Assembly: GCA_001687465.1 (NCBI GenBank)
Contig: LVLI01000321.1
Location: 62,001 to 105,162, forward strand
Reading direction: 5' to 3'
Origin: Halocafeteria seosinensis
Lineage: Eukaryota
DNA: 43,162 nucleotides
Positions within the stretch are counted from its first letter, which is position 1. Each line of letters begins with the position of its first letter. A model generated the notes under the pieces. It saw nothing but the letters and a program-made list of their open reading frames with translations, had not been told where the DNA came from and ran no database searches. This document shows, piece by piece, positions 11,493-22,897 of the stretch. Made by a program: the position numbers and the translations under genes.

Positions 11493-13066
11493 TTATTGAG
11501 CTGTTTGGGCGGCGTTTCCGCTGATGCTGTGTTTCTCAGCTGGTTCAGGCACCGGGGTGGCAGCTGAGGATTTCGTCTTTGGTAGCTCGGGGCATCCATC
11601 AACCTCGTTGTACATACCAAGTTCATTCAAGATTCCGTATGTTACCTTCTCCAAGTTCAGACTGTAGAAGTGGATTCCTTGCACACCACCGGCAAATAGT
11701 TCTCTGCACATGCGTGTTCCAATCTCAACACCAGCGGCTCTGACCTCTTCGGGATCATCCTTGATGGGCTCCAATCGGTCCCAGATCCATCGGGGCACTC
11801 TTGTTCTGCAAAAGTCGGTCATTCGACTGAATCCACCGTAGTTCTGAACAAGCATGAGACCAGGTATTATAGGCACGTTGATTCCCCAATCGCGGCAGTC
11901 TTTTACGAATTTCAAGAACACGTCTGTGTCAAAGTGCATCTGGGTGATGATCATGTCTCCGCCAGCGTCCACTTTCTTTTTCAAGTAGTCCATTTCTCCT
12001 TTGTAGTCTTCATCGGAGCATACGTATTTCTTGCCATCTCGCTCCACGAGGCGACCCTTCTCGGCTTCGGAGAGGTTGTCTTCGTTTTCAACTTCCTTGA
12101 TCACGTTGGGGTGGCCTTCCGGGTACCCAGCGATACTGAGGTTGAAGTAGTTTCCGTAGAGTTTCTTGATGTGCTTGATGAGGTCAAGAGCACAGGTGAA
12201 ACCACCTTCAGTAGCGGTCCATTCTTCCTGTCCTTTCGGGGGATCTCCACGGAGGGCACAGATGTTTCGGATTCCTGCTTCCTCCAATTCCTTGAGGGCG
12301 AAGGTGAGTTTTTCTTCGGGCATGTTAGTGCTGCAAACCGACAAAAATATCCAGTTGGACTACGTGAATCCACTGTAATCCACTTGTATCAAGGTAATAA
12401 ACGTACCATGTCAAATGCATGTTGGTCTCGAAGCCGACTTCTTGCATTTTGCGAGCAATTTGGACCGTGAGTTCGGAGGTGGATCCTCCGGCTCCCCAGG
12501 TAATGTCAGCATATAATGGGTCTGCAAATACACGTACATTGAAAGTTAATGAAATCTCTCATGGGGCTTGAAAACTATCAAAAGGAATCCTGAATTCTCC
12601 AGTCTCGTGCGACGAAATGACCTCAATGAGAACAAGAGAACAACTATTGTTCTCACTCCGTTGTCTTCCTCTCCCTTACGTAAGCAGTCCCCTTTCGCAT
12701 ACGTCAGGGGAGGGAATACATGTTCACTATATACAGTCTCACATGTATATGTAATGAACTGGAGCTTGTACACCTCGTATGAAGGGGTAGTACGGGATAA
12801 AGTGTTCTGAGAACAGGCTCCGGAATTTGCGACGAGACATGACCGAGAACCACGGCCCTCCCAAGCACATGATTCATGGGGGGAAAATGAGACTTACTTT
12901 GCGCTTTCATGCGATAGAAGCGTTCGTACAAGTTGGCGACACCATCGTCTGTTTTAGGAGGGAAGTACTCGAAAGCGATGTATTTTTCCTCACGCTGTTC
13001 TTTCTCTTTAATGCGCTCCGCAAGAGGGCGGTGCTCTCCTCCTTCCGTGTTCGTTGTAGGCGGCAT
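11493..13066 (-). CDS. MTHFR: Methylenetetrahydrofolate reductase, catalytic domain only; exons 13066-12898, 12521-12407, 12330-11493
   Basis: [51 protein letters not shown] and GIHFYSLN. Confidence 0.95.
12602..12860 (-). promoter_or_regulatory. Putative structured RNA element in MTHFR intron 1
   Basis: Inverted repeats at 12627-12655, 12667-12715 and 12716-12748, enclosed by complementarity between 12602-12610 and 12829-12838. Function unproven. Confidence 0.35.
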
Positions 13067-13477
13067 TTTTTCGCGTCGGACACACAAAAAATGTCAATAA
13101 AAACTACGTTCGTCTGAATATGCTCTGACGTCAGTGAACGATCGAAACAAATGAAAGTTGCACTTGTACCGGCTAGCGACCTACACACACTGACACCGAC
13201 CTCGGCAACTTCACAGCCAAGGTATCCACCTTCACAAACGGAAGTTGAAAAGTTTGGCCAGACTTCGAAGTTACCCGAAGACTTCAACAAAACCCTGTCA
13301 TGAAGCGTCGGTTGGGGGAATGAAATAAGGAAGGGTAGATCTGCTGAGTGCTTCAGTCAAAAACCGTTATCGACACTGGTCACCCCCACTGAGTCCATAA
13401 TCCTGCCTATCCGATCCAAAACAGCTGAAACAGTGTCAGAAACTCTAAATCCTGACGGGCATAGCTTCGCAAACATC

Positions 13478-15415
13478 ATGGATCTATCCGACACAGAAGA
13501 GCTACCAGACACGCTTCTAGAAATACTGAATGAATTGGAGGAGCTATCCATCTCCTCAGAGCGTATCAAAAACTCGGATCAGAAATACTTGAAACATTTA
13601 TTAGCACACTTATGTGAAGTGACCGACATTCCTGATAACAGAGTTCATTCTGGTAAGGCATTCAGTGCATACTCTTGAACCCCAGTATTCAAGAAAACAC
13701 TCTCTATTATGAACTTTCGACGCCAGACACTCTCTTCCCGTTCATCCTGCGTAGCCAAATTGTACCAAGTATTGTACAAATTTTTCAACATGGAACAGAC
13801 ATCGAAGTGATGCGACAGGCTTCAAGACTTGGCTGCAACTTAGTTCGACACGGTAAGCACAGAAGCGGCGCTGGTGGTGTTTAGCTTCGAACAAATCCAT
13901 ATCGTGGTATGGCGTGGCAGACGACGTGCTGAACCGGTTTCGCGAAAAAGACTATATCGAGGTCATGCGCGGTTTGGCCGACTCTTCGATCGGGAAAGAT
14001 TTTCACACTGTCAAGAATTGTTAGTTTGCATGATCAGACTTTTCGATATGGCGCTGTCCTAACTATACTTCTTCGTGCAGTGATGAGAATCTTGGCACGA
14101 ATCCCCTGTGCTGATACGATGAGCTGCATTCAAGAATTGGACTTGGTGAATAGAGTAGCTGACTCGGCGGACGAATTCGGTACAAATGAACATATAATCA
14201 GTTCTGCGGTCACATTTATTCTCAATTGCGCTAAGAGCGACCCACTCACGCGTCATGAACCGTGTAAGTTGATTATCCTTTATATTATCTATCGGGATCA
14301 TCTTGACCAGACGAACTCTAACAGGGATTTTAAAGGCTTTTCTAGAGAGCGGACTGGCTTCGCGAGTCTTCGAAATGCTACCGAAATTTTCGGGAATCTC
14401 TATGGATATTCAAGAAGTTGGCGATTTGATCCTCCGTTTTGCACGTAAGTTGCGCTCAGCAGCAAGCGTTTGCTTAGTGCTTTCGCTGAGACCCTACACG
14501 TTTCTCAATCTACAGGTATAGAAGATTCTAGTGTTACCGACCCAAAGGTATTCGTTAGCGCAGCCGATTTCTGCCTTCATTTCCTGTGTCAGGCTAGAAA
14601 CAACCGCCAGCTCTTTACCGAAGCTCATCAAAAGCATATAGGAACCTCATTACAGGAGCTAGCGGTTCATAGCGAAAAGGTGAGGAGTCATTTGAAAGAG
14701 AGGAACGAGATCCTCGTAAGTTTTCACAAATATTTCCACCCGTCAGTGAAAGTTCTTACTAGTCCGTACTGAACAAGAACTGATGTATGCTCAGGTCCAA
14801 GTAGCGGCAACGCTCCCCAAGGCATCGGAATTCATCGGAGAAACTCTAGCCAGATTGATTGAGACAACAGAGGATGTCCAGAAGGCCAAGGTGTACTTGG
14901 AACCCATAAATGAACCGGCCCCTCTGCTCCGAATTCTGGAGCTGTCATCGGAAGATGCAAACACTGCCACGTGGTGCTTTCAGAAACTGTACGCTGCTTG
15001 TTTCTCGTCACGTAATCGTGAGATAGTTCGCCGTAAGAAAGATGTTCAAGATATCTTCACGTTGCTGCAAGCATTCTCTTTAGACGAGAATTTCGTAGTG
15101 GCGGTTTGTGAAGTCTTGTGGCTGCTTTGCTTTGACAGTAAGGGTTATTTCGTTGTCGTGTTAGTAAACCTCCAAAGGCTAAAGAAAGTTTTGAATTTGT
15201 CTGCAGCAAACTACGCCGCTATGCTTCGGACTGAGGAGTACTTGGACGAGCTGGATAAAATTCGGAAAGATCATCCCATACAAGCTGGTAGAATTCAGCA
15301 ATGCGTTAGTGGAATGCATAAATTATCACGATGTACGGGACACCCTGATGGTAATTACCACGGCAATCACCATGATGACAGTGATGATGGCGAGGGGCGC
15401 AATGAAGTTGAGTGA
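13478..15415 (+). CDS. Multi-exon hypothetical protein, probably an alpha-helical (ARM/HEAT-like) repeat protein
   Basis: Chain of ORF segments separated by gtaag/gtgag...ag introns, with amphipathic helical motifs such as VMRQASRLGCNL and VVAVCEVLWLL. Exact exon structure not resolved. Confidence 0.6.
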
Positions 15416-15620
15416 ACAACACCACACGCATTATTTGTAGAGTAATACAAATACGCACATTGCCCAATTATGTAGTATTTATAAACACATACCCAATTGA
15501 CCCGCAGTATCAATAATACTGTGATCATATCAAGCGGATCCCAATCATAAACGCAATCAGTAACACATTTTCCTTCAGCAGTATTGAATACAACCTGCCA
15601 AAGTAACGATACCAAGGACC

Positions 15621-18600
15621 TTAACTCCAGAGATCCCTCAAGTATCGCTGCTTATTCATCATTTCTTGTAAATATTCTTCCGGGTCGTCGACCTTCCCAT
15701 AAACTTGCAAGATCTTTCCGAGAGTCTCATGAACATCCTTGGCCATTTGAGCCCCGTCGCCACAGACGTAAACATACGCACCCCGACGCAAAATTAGATT
15801 CGCAATTTCGCTCGCCGCTGAAGGCTGCCGCATTCGGTGCTGAACGTACGTCTTTCGAGGTCCATGGCGAGACCAGGCGAGATACAAGCGCGTGAGCACC
15901 TGCTCATCACTGAACTGTTTTAGTGCAGATTTATAAAGATAATCGACGTGGGGCGAGCGGTTGCCAAAAAACAAATGCACTTCACCTGCTGCCGCCATTG
16001 GATTCGCTTCAAGGTCGTCGGAAGCACTTTCCTGTCCACGACGCTCAGCGAAATGCCTCCGCTGCAGCTGATCCTCTACCTCTCGAGGCAGCGCTTTCGA
16101 AGTCATATCATCTGCATCAGCATCTACAAGCCCTTCGATATCGATTCCACCTCGCCAAGTGCCGGAGCAGACCTCGCTGCGGGAATTCAGAGCCTGCTTC
16201 AGTTTCGAGCTTCGGTGTTGTAGATATCCGATGAAAGGAGCTACTCCGGTTCCTGGCCCAATCATTATCAGTGGCCACTTCAAGCTTCCCGGAAGAGTAA
16301 AATCACGTGTAGGCCGCAGAAAGATCTTCAAAAACGGTTTGTCATCGTTTACTTCTTTCCGCAAGTCAGGAGCCTGCGACCACTTCCTCTGAGAGGGGGT
16401 CGCTAGAAGATTGAACTGCTGGCTTAGTTGCTCGAGGTAAGTCGTTGCCAAGCCATGGCGTACAGGCTTCGAGTTCTGTCCACTGATAGCCAATGAAGAT
16501 TCGTCTTTATACCCGCATTCATAGGAAACTACCGTGAACGCGAAGGTTATCTTTTTGTCGTTCTCCAAAGGGGAATTAGACATGGAGTAGTATCTGGTGG
16601 CTAAAGGAGTCATCGCTGAAAGCAAGTGGCCAACAGGGGGCTGTGTGGTGCCAAACAAAGCCAAAACGTCCACAACACTTAGCCTCTGCTTCTCAATAAA
16701 TTTATCAAGCGCACTGTTGCCAGCCGGGCTTCCAAGGTACCCCAATACACATTTTTCTTCCTCACTTTGAGCGTTCGTAGAGAGCAGGCGCAACAGCTGC
16801 TTCATCGGTGGTGCCATTATGTCCACACACCACGCAAATATTGCAGAAATTGGTGCAACGATTTCACTCACGGAGTCAGGCGACTCTCGGACAACGTTAA
16901 CCCCAGCAATGCCCTCAAGTGCTGCACCGAAACGGTTGAGAACTGCATCGGATGCACCGTTCGCATTCGAGCCAGACTCAGGAGCTGGAGAATCACCGCC
17001 CTCCCCATCGTTTTTCTCTACTCGTTTACCGGGTAACGTCTTCCCCTTCAAGTCTATAGTACTCTTCTTTTGCTGCCCAGCATTGTTACGCTTTAATGTC
17101 ACGTACTGCGTCGGGGAATACCCCAAACGACGGCACAGTGCTTCCACTTGGTGACGGGGGTTAGGAACCACTACTCCGATTGCATCTCCTGGAATCCAGG
17201 CTCTATCTTTCCATCCTGATACATCCAGCTCCATATGCACCACACGTCGTTCGGCAGTAGGCCCACCAGCAGTGAGATAATCTGCGTGCTTTACAGGCAC
17301 CGTCACGGCATTCTCGAAAGATGTGCCCGGGCTGCCGAAGATGGGACGACCTTCGCGCGCGATCCCTGCTTCGACACTGTCGTCGCTCGGAGAATCGTTT
17401 CCGTCGCCGTATGTAGAACAATTGATGATATAGAGAGACGACGAGGATTCTAAATTTGTTACCGGCTTTTCCAGCTGGTCGACTTCCAACGTTTGGGGAG
17501 GAGTGCGCGGTTTTCCCTTCTTCTGATTCATAGTAGAGATGGCCTTTTTCACTTCTTCTTTTCCGCAAATTGACTCAAAAGGCAGAACACCTTCCGTTGG
17601 TTTAATCATGCTGTCTGTACTAGGAGAAAACACCGAAGGGGCAACATAGCCTTGAGGTATTGCTTCTCCTTCCCCATCGCGCTGCTGAAGCGCTTGTTTG
17701 TCAATCTTTTTCTGCTCGTTCTTTTTCTTGGCCGCTTCTTGTTGGCGTTGACGCTGGGCAATCAGATTCTGGACCATGCTGATACCGCAGTTTACCTGCG
17801 GCTCCTGCTCCTTTGTAGGCTTTCGCGGTTCGGATACGTAGTCCATGCTACTTGCTCGGGTTCTCCGAGATCCGGTGGATCCCATACTCGTGCTTCGCTG
17901 AACAGCATCGGGAATGTCCTCGCTTTCCGGTTGAGGGCCGTTAGCATCAGGCTTAGCATTTGCATCGTTCAATTGTTTCGTGGAAGGTTCTTCTCTAGGT
18001 TGATCTTCCTGCTTCTGCTGACTCTTAGATTGACTTTGATTCTCCTTACTCTCATCCTTATTTCCCCCTGCAACGATTCCGTCGGGGGTCAACACTTGAT
18101 CCGGGTCGTCCATCTCGTAATCCTGCGGATTTTCCATCACATTCGCCAAAGCCTGCCACAGGCCTTCATTCCACGGCTCGACGACATTTTCAAGGCCCAT
18201 CGCTTCGTCTGCGGTACCAAACATGTGGAAGGGTCTGGCACCTAATTCCTTTAGTCTTCTGTTGATCTTAACACCAGCATTGCAGAACTTGTCATAGTTT
18301 GTATCGCCCAATCCCAAGATGGCAATGCGCACATTGGCGAACAAATCTTGTGGCTGGGTCTTTCGCCGAATCCATCTCCAGAAGCTGTTGTTCAGCATTC
18401 ACACACGTAGGAAGTTACGTCAGATACGAACTCATGTCTGGGGCCGTCGAAAGTGTCTTGCACACGTACCTTTCAGCATTGTCTGGAGGATCTCCATTCC
18501 CCGTTGTAGAAACGATTATAACCAGAATATTTCGTTCTGACCAATCCGCCTGTTTTCAACCAACAATATAAAGAAGAAAAAGCATCACAATAAGTTCTTC

Positions 18601-18879
18601 GATTCCACCAAGATCGACAGTAATATTGACGTACTCTTCGTAATTGGTTCAATTCCAGCAATTCGCTGGTGATGCCTTTGGATGAAGCCTCTTCATGGAG
18701 TTCTTCCGCGATGGATTTCGCGGCTCCAGTTTGGGATCCGTAGCTGAATGTGATCCTGCAAAACACACAATGTTTGAATTCTACATCACAAGTCATACTA
18801 TCCTTCAAACACACAATGAGAACAATTTCGCCCCTTGCGACCGGTTATAATACAGGCCGAATTCGATCACTTACGACAT
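15621..18879 (-). CDS. MTRR: Methionine synthase reductase-like diflavin (FMN/FAD/NADPH) oxidoreductase; 4 exons, first coding exon only ATGTC
   Basis: Flavodoxin YGSQTG.AKSIA, IVSTTGNGDPPDNA and LGLGDTNY..FC; FAD-binding RYYSMSNSP; NADPH-binding MIGPGTGVAPFIG and YVYVCGDG..MAKDV; C-terminus RYLRDLWS; no N-terminal membrane anchor, unlike CPR. Confidence 0.85.
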
Positions 18880-19367
18880 GTTTCCCTCGATAACAGCGTT
18901 GAGTACCACACTGGCTCAATAAGATCGCTCGGATCCACGCTGCACGAGCGACAGGGAGGCAGTGGTGCCCTCGAAAACACGGTATGAGAACAACTTCCTG
19001 ACTTTTTTGGCGTCGGGAAGCGCGTGCCAAAGTTCCAAGCTCAATTGCACCTTTACCACGATGCGATACACCCAACGACCACGTGGATTAAATCCGTGCT
19101 CGTTTACTACACGGGGTCGAATAATCTCCGCAATGGAACATGGGGTGCAACAAGCCTGTATACTCGATAAACTTTCACTGCTTGCTGGGCGTACCGGAAC
19201 ACATCAAACAAATCGTCGACTTAATTTCTCTTACATTCACTTTGCTTGATTGTGTAGATATCGCTATGTCTGTGGTGTATCAGGTAGAGGTCAACTTATA
19301 GATAACGTAGACGATGGAGAGGGATGTAGATGGAGTGTGAACTGAGCCTGTATAAGGGTGAAAAAGG

Positions 19368-19924
19368 ATGAGCACGCACCGAGGCGTTCTACGGCTCTAT
19401 AGACAGCTTGTATACGCCACCAGGCGGTTGAATGAACCCACAAATCAAACGTCAGGTGGAGGAGGGATAAGTTGGAGCGTAGATGGCGTCAGACAAGCGT
19501 TTCGAAGGCACCAAACGGAAGAAAATACGGCCAAGTATGTCCCATCTTCACAATTTGAGCTGAAGGATAATGCCTATTTGACTGCCTTTATATGCCCCTT
19601 TGCAGGATTGAAACGCTGCGGGAAGAGGCCGAAGATAAGCTCAAGTTCATGCGCTTAATGCTCCCCAGCCAGGACCTTCACTACCTGGATGTCATTTGTC
19701 GGCCACATCAGCATGATGAGAGGGACGATTCTGGTGTGAAGAAGTACGTCGTTCGTGATGGGAAGGTGATGGAAGATAGTGCGCAAACCAGGGACAGTGC
19801 GCCTCACTCGAATTGGGGAGGAAACAACGTTGATCCGGACGATTTGAAACGACACAATGCTCAAATGAGGCGATTCCATTTCATGGATCGAGGCGTACCG
19901 CCTCCTCGAGGACCTGTTTGGTGA
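19368..19924 (+). CDS. LYR-motif (LYRM) family protein; exons 19368-19534, 19607-19924
   Basis: VLRLYRQLV...VRQAFRRH..E....IE.L, the LYR plus conserved Phe pattern; one GT-AG intron restores the frame. Confidence 0.75.
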
Positions 19925-20451
19925 GACAGCATGAATTTGAATTGGTGTGGCATCAGCCCGAAGAGAAAACTAGAATCATTCTGGATCATGAGTTTAGAAT
20001 GATCACGTAAAAGGTTTCTAGGACACCTTGTGCACTTCAGGCTGAAATCGTCGAGCTCTGTAGGCTCAGTTTTGGGAAATGAATACCTCCCATAAGGCCT
20101 CAACAGATTCATTTTGTCCCATTCTTCCCAAGCTCCACAGCGAGCAACCGCCGTGGTATGCTCTGTACTTTAGGTACCGTCGTGGGGTTTTAGTATCTCC
20201 TATATGATCATGTATTGACAACTCTCTGACTAACGGCTTGAAATTTTGAAATTCTGAGCTTGCTTTTTTTGAAGGTCAACTCCACACTAAAGGTTTGACG
20301 TTCCCGCCGGGTAGGAAAGCACTATCTGACTACTTCCACAAACGCATGAACGACATAGAGGCACGTAAAAGACGTTAAAGCAGTTATCAGTACGGTAGTT
20401 CCGGTGTTTGCAGTAGTGATTCAATTAATTCACTTCCCTTGTGGTACTAAC

Positions 20452-21692
20452 TCAACCATTGATGTGAATTCCAAAGCTAGAGAGATAATCAACATTGTCC
20501 GCTGTGTGTGGATGTGCAAGCCAAGTAACATCTTCTCTTAGTTCAGAAGCTCTTCGAAAGCATTGCTGAGCAATTCCTCGCAACTGATCGGCAGTCAGTT
20601 GTTCGGGTGGAATCCTGGATACCGAGGTATCTTCAGACTCTCCAGAGTTACGTTTCCTGGCCTTCTGTTGAGATCCATTCATTGAGGCGTGCGAGCTTTC
20701 TGCTGTCAATTCTGAGGATTCTTCTTCGGTATCCTTGTCACGAGCTCGACTGCAACAAGTATTGGCAAACCGTGTCAACGCTTTCACATCATCGCACTTG
20801 GAAATATCCGAGATCGATTTTATCTTTCGCATATATTGCTGCCAAGGCAAGCGAAAAGAAAACATACTAGGAATGAGCCCGTGTAAAAAGTTGCATGCGC
20901 TACTTACATCCCAGACTAGTCGAAATAGGTGGTCTTGATGGCGTTGGCGTGAGATGACATCTTCTTCCGCTTCTTCGTCATCTTCCTCGTCTTCGTCATC
21001 CTCGTTCTCGGCTGGCCGTTCCTGTTGACGCTGTTCATAATCTTCCACACGGTTGTACGCTGCAGTGACAGCATTTATATCGGTGCAAACAACGAAATCA
21101 CGTCAACTTCCACAGACGAGGATTACTCACGTGCATGGGTTGTATCGGTCACAGAAAGTCTCTTCCACGCAGGGTGTTTGGAGAGGAATCCATCGCGCAC
21201 GTATGAGCATGAAGGGACAATCTTAAACCTGTTAAAATTCATACCAGAAAGAAACAATAAGACCTTCTCTTCGGACGAATTCTTGATGGTTGTTTCGACT
21301 TACTTCATGGCATGGGCGTACTCCACCGCGAACGCCACGATAATTTCAGCCAATTTCATACCCCGAAACGAAGGATCCGTCCACGTATGGTAGAGATCCA
21401 AAGTCCCCTTGGACGCGTCCGGATTGCAGGAAACACCGGGGCATTGTCCTCCAGAGAACGCTGCTTCCACGTACGCCGCCACTACCGCTTCTTCGTCCTG
21501 GTGCTCTGCGCGATACCGTAGTTCAAACCTGTTACTATGCGGCTCATGTTTCAGGTCGACCGTCCTATCCCCCGGAGTCGTCACCGCCGGCACGTCATGC
21601 ACCCGCGTCTCATCCTGCGAACGCACGGCTTCCTGAAGAGAATCGAGAGGGATCCGGTTTCGATTTTCGTCCCACGCGGCTTCGCCGTTCAT
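20452..21692 (-). CDS. Second NATD1-like GNAT fused to an unassigned C-terminal domain of about 200 aa; exons 21692-21304, 21228-21131, 21059-20452
   Basis: LDLYHTWTDPSFRGMKLAEIIV..AVEYA..K|FKIVPSCSYV...FLSKHPAW, then an in-frame splice into the ORF at 21048-20452. Confidence 0.8.
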
Positions 21693-21857
21693 TTCGAGGA
21701 ATCCAAAAATAAAAAGAAAGTTGAATTTTTTTTTTTAACAAAAGTATATATAATTAGGTTTAGGATTGTCTGGACAATACGGTAATCTGTTTGTTCTGCG
21801 TCAAGCCAAATCAATAACTGTGGTGTATGTTTTGCTTGGGGTCTTTCTTGTGGAAGT

Positions 21858-22809
21858 ATGTCGCACTATCCCACGGAGGAATCGAAAACCACGACCTATC
21901 GGTACGGTCAGTCCCCTCAAGATCCGGAAGAACGGAAGCTCTTGGAACAAGCGAGGAATGAAGGATTCTGGTTATTCGGCTACGGATCGCTCGTATGGAA
22001 GGTAGGGAAGGCACCACCATCGACTGCGGCTGGTTGCCCCCGGGGGTGAGAATTGTACGTGTATTTGCAGATCGATTTCGAAGTGGACGATTCCAAACAG
22101 GGGTTTATTCAGGGCTATAAACGTCGCTTCTGGCAAGGAAGGTACGCGAGGAATGACTGAGAATTCATCCTCTGTTTGGCATGCACCCCATTCGTCCGCA
22201 GTCCTGACCATCGAGGAACCGACGAGAATCCTGGACGCGTAGCTACAGTGCTACCTAGTGACAACGATAGTGACAGAGTGGATGGAACGGTGTACAAAGT
22301 CTCTGGAGAAGTAGCGCACCAAGTCATGGATAATTTGCTCTTTCGAGAGAAAGCCGGCTACTCGCTGCAATGGGTCAGCGTTCATACTTACGAGGGAGAA
22401 ACTCTCAAGGCAATTTTGTTCACGGCTACGGAAGATAACGAGTAAGTATACGTCACCTATTTCATGTTAATAACGGAAGAAATGAATAGTGTGCACGCTT
22501 ATCATGTTAAGATTCTTCATCGTATGCTCGCGTTTTGCAGACACTTCTTGGGAGCAGCAGATCCCTTAACAATTGCTAAAACTATAAAGAACTCTGTAGG
22601 ACCTTCAGGAGCAAATGTAGAGTACTTTAACAAACTTTACGAATCGTAAGGTCTCCCACCTTTTATATCAACTTCATCTCGCGTAATATGCAACTACTCT
22701 CTTCTACTACAGACTTAAGAGTCGAGGCATTCATGATACCCACCTGGAAGAGATCCACGAGGTACTATCGCAGCATGCATCAACTAATGGGGATTCCAAG
22801 GCTAGATGA
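21858..22809 (+). CDS. CHAC: ChaC glutathione-specific gamma-glutamylcyclotransferase, 5 exons
   Basis: WLFGYGSLVWK, GFIQGYKRRFWQGSPDHRGT..PGRVAT, REKAGY, GPSG.N.EY and D.HL. Confidence 0.93.
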
Positions 22810-22897
22810 TGTACCCAGCCTCTGTGTAGAAATATACCCGTTTTGTAGCTAGTGTTGTTAGATCGTTAGCGAAGCTGAAGACCGAGCAGCTGGGGTT

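Noticed and set aside
12690..12745. TPP riboswitch or hammerhead in the MTHFR intron (CCTGACGTATGCGAAAGGGG)
   Set aside because: Only partial word matches; it lacks the TPP CUGAGA/P2-P5 layout and the hammerhead CUGAnGA plus stem II.
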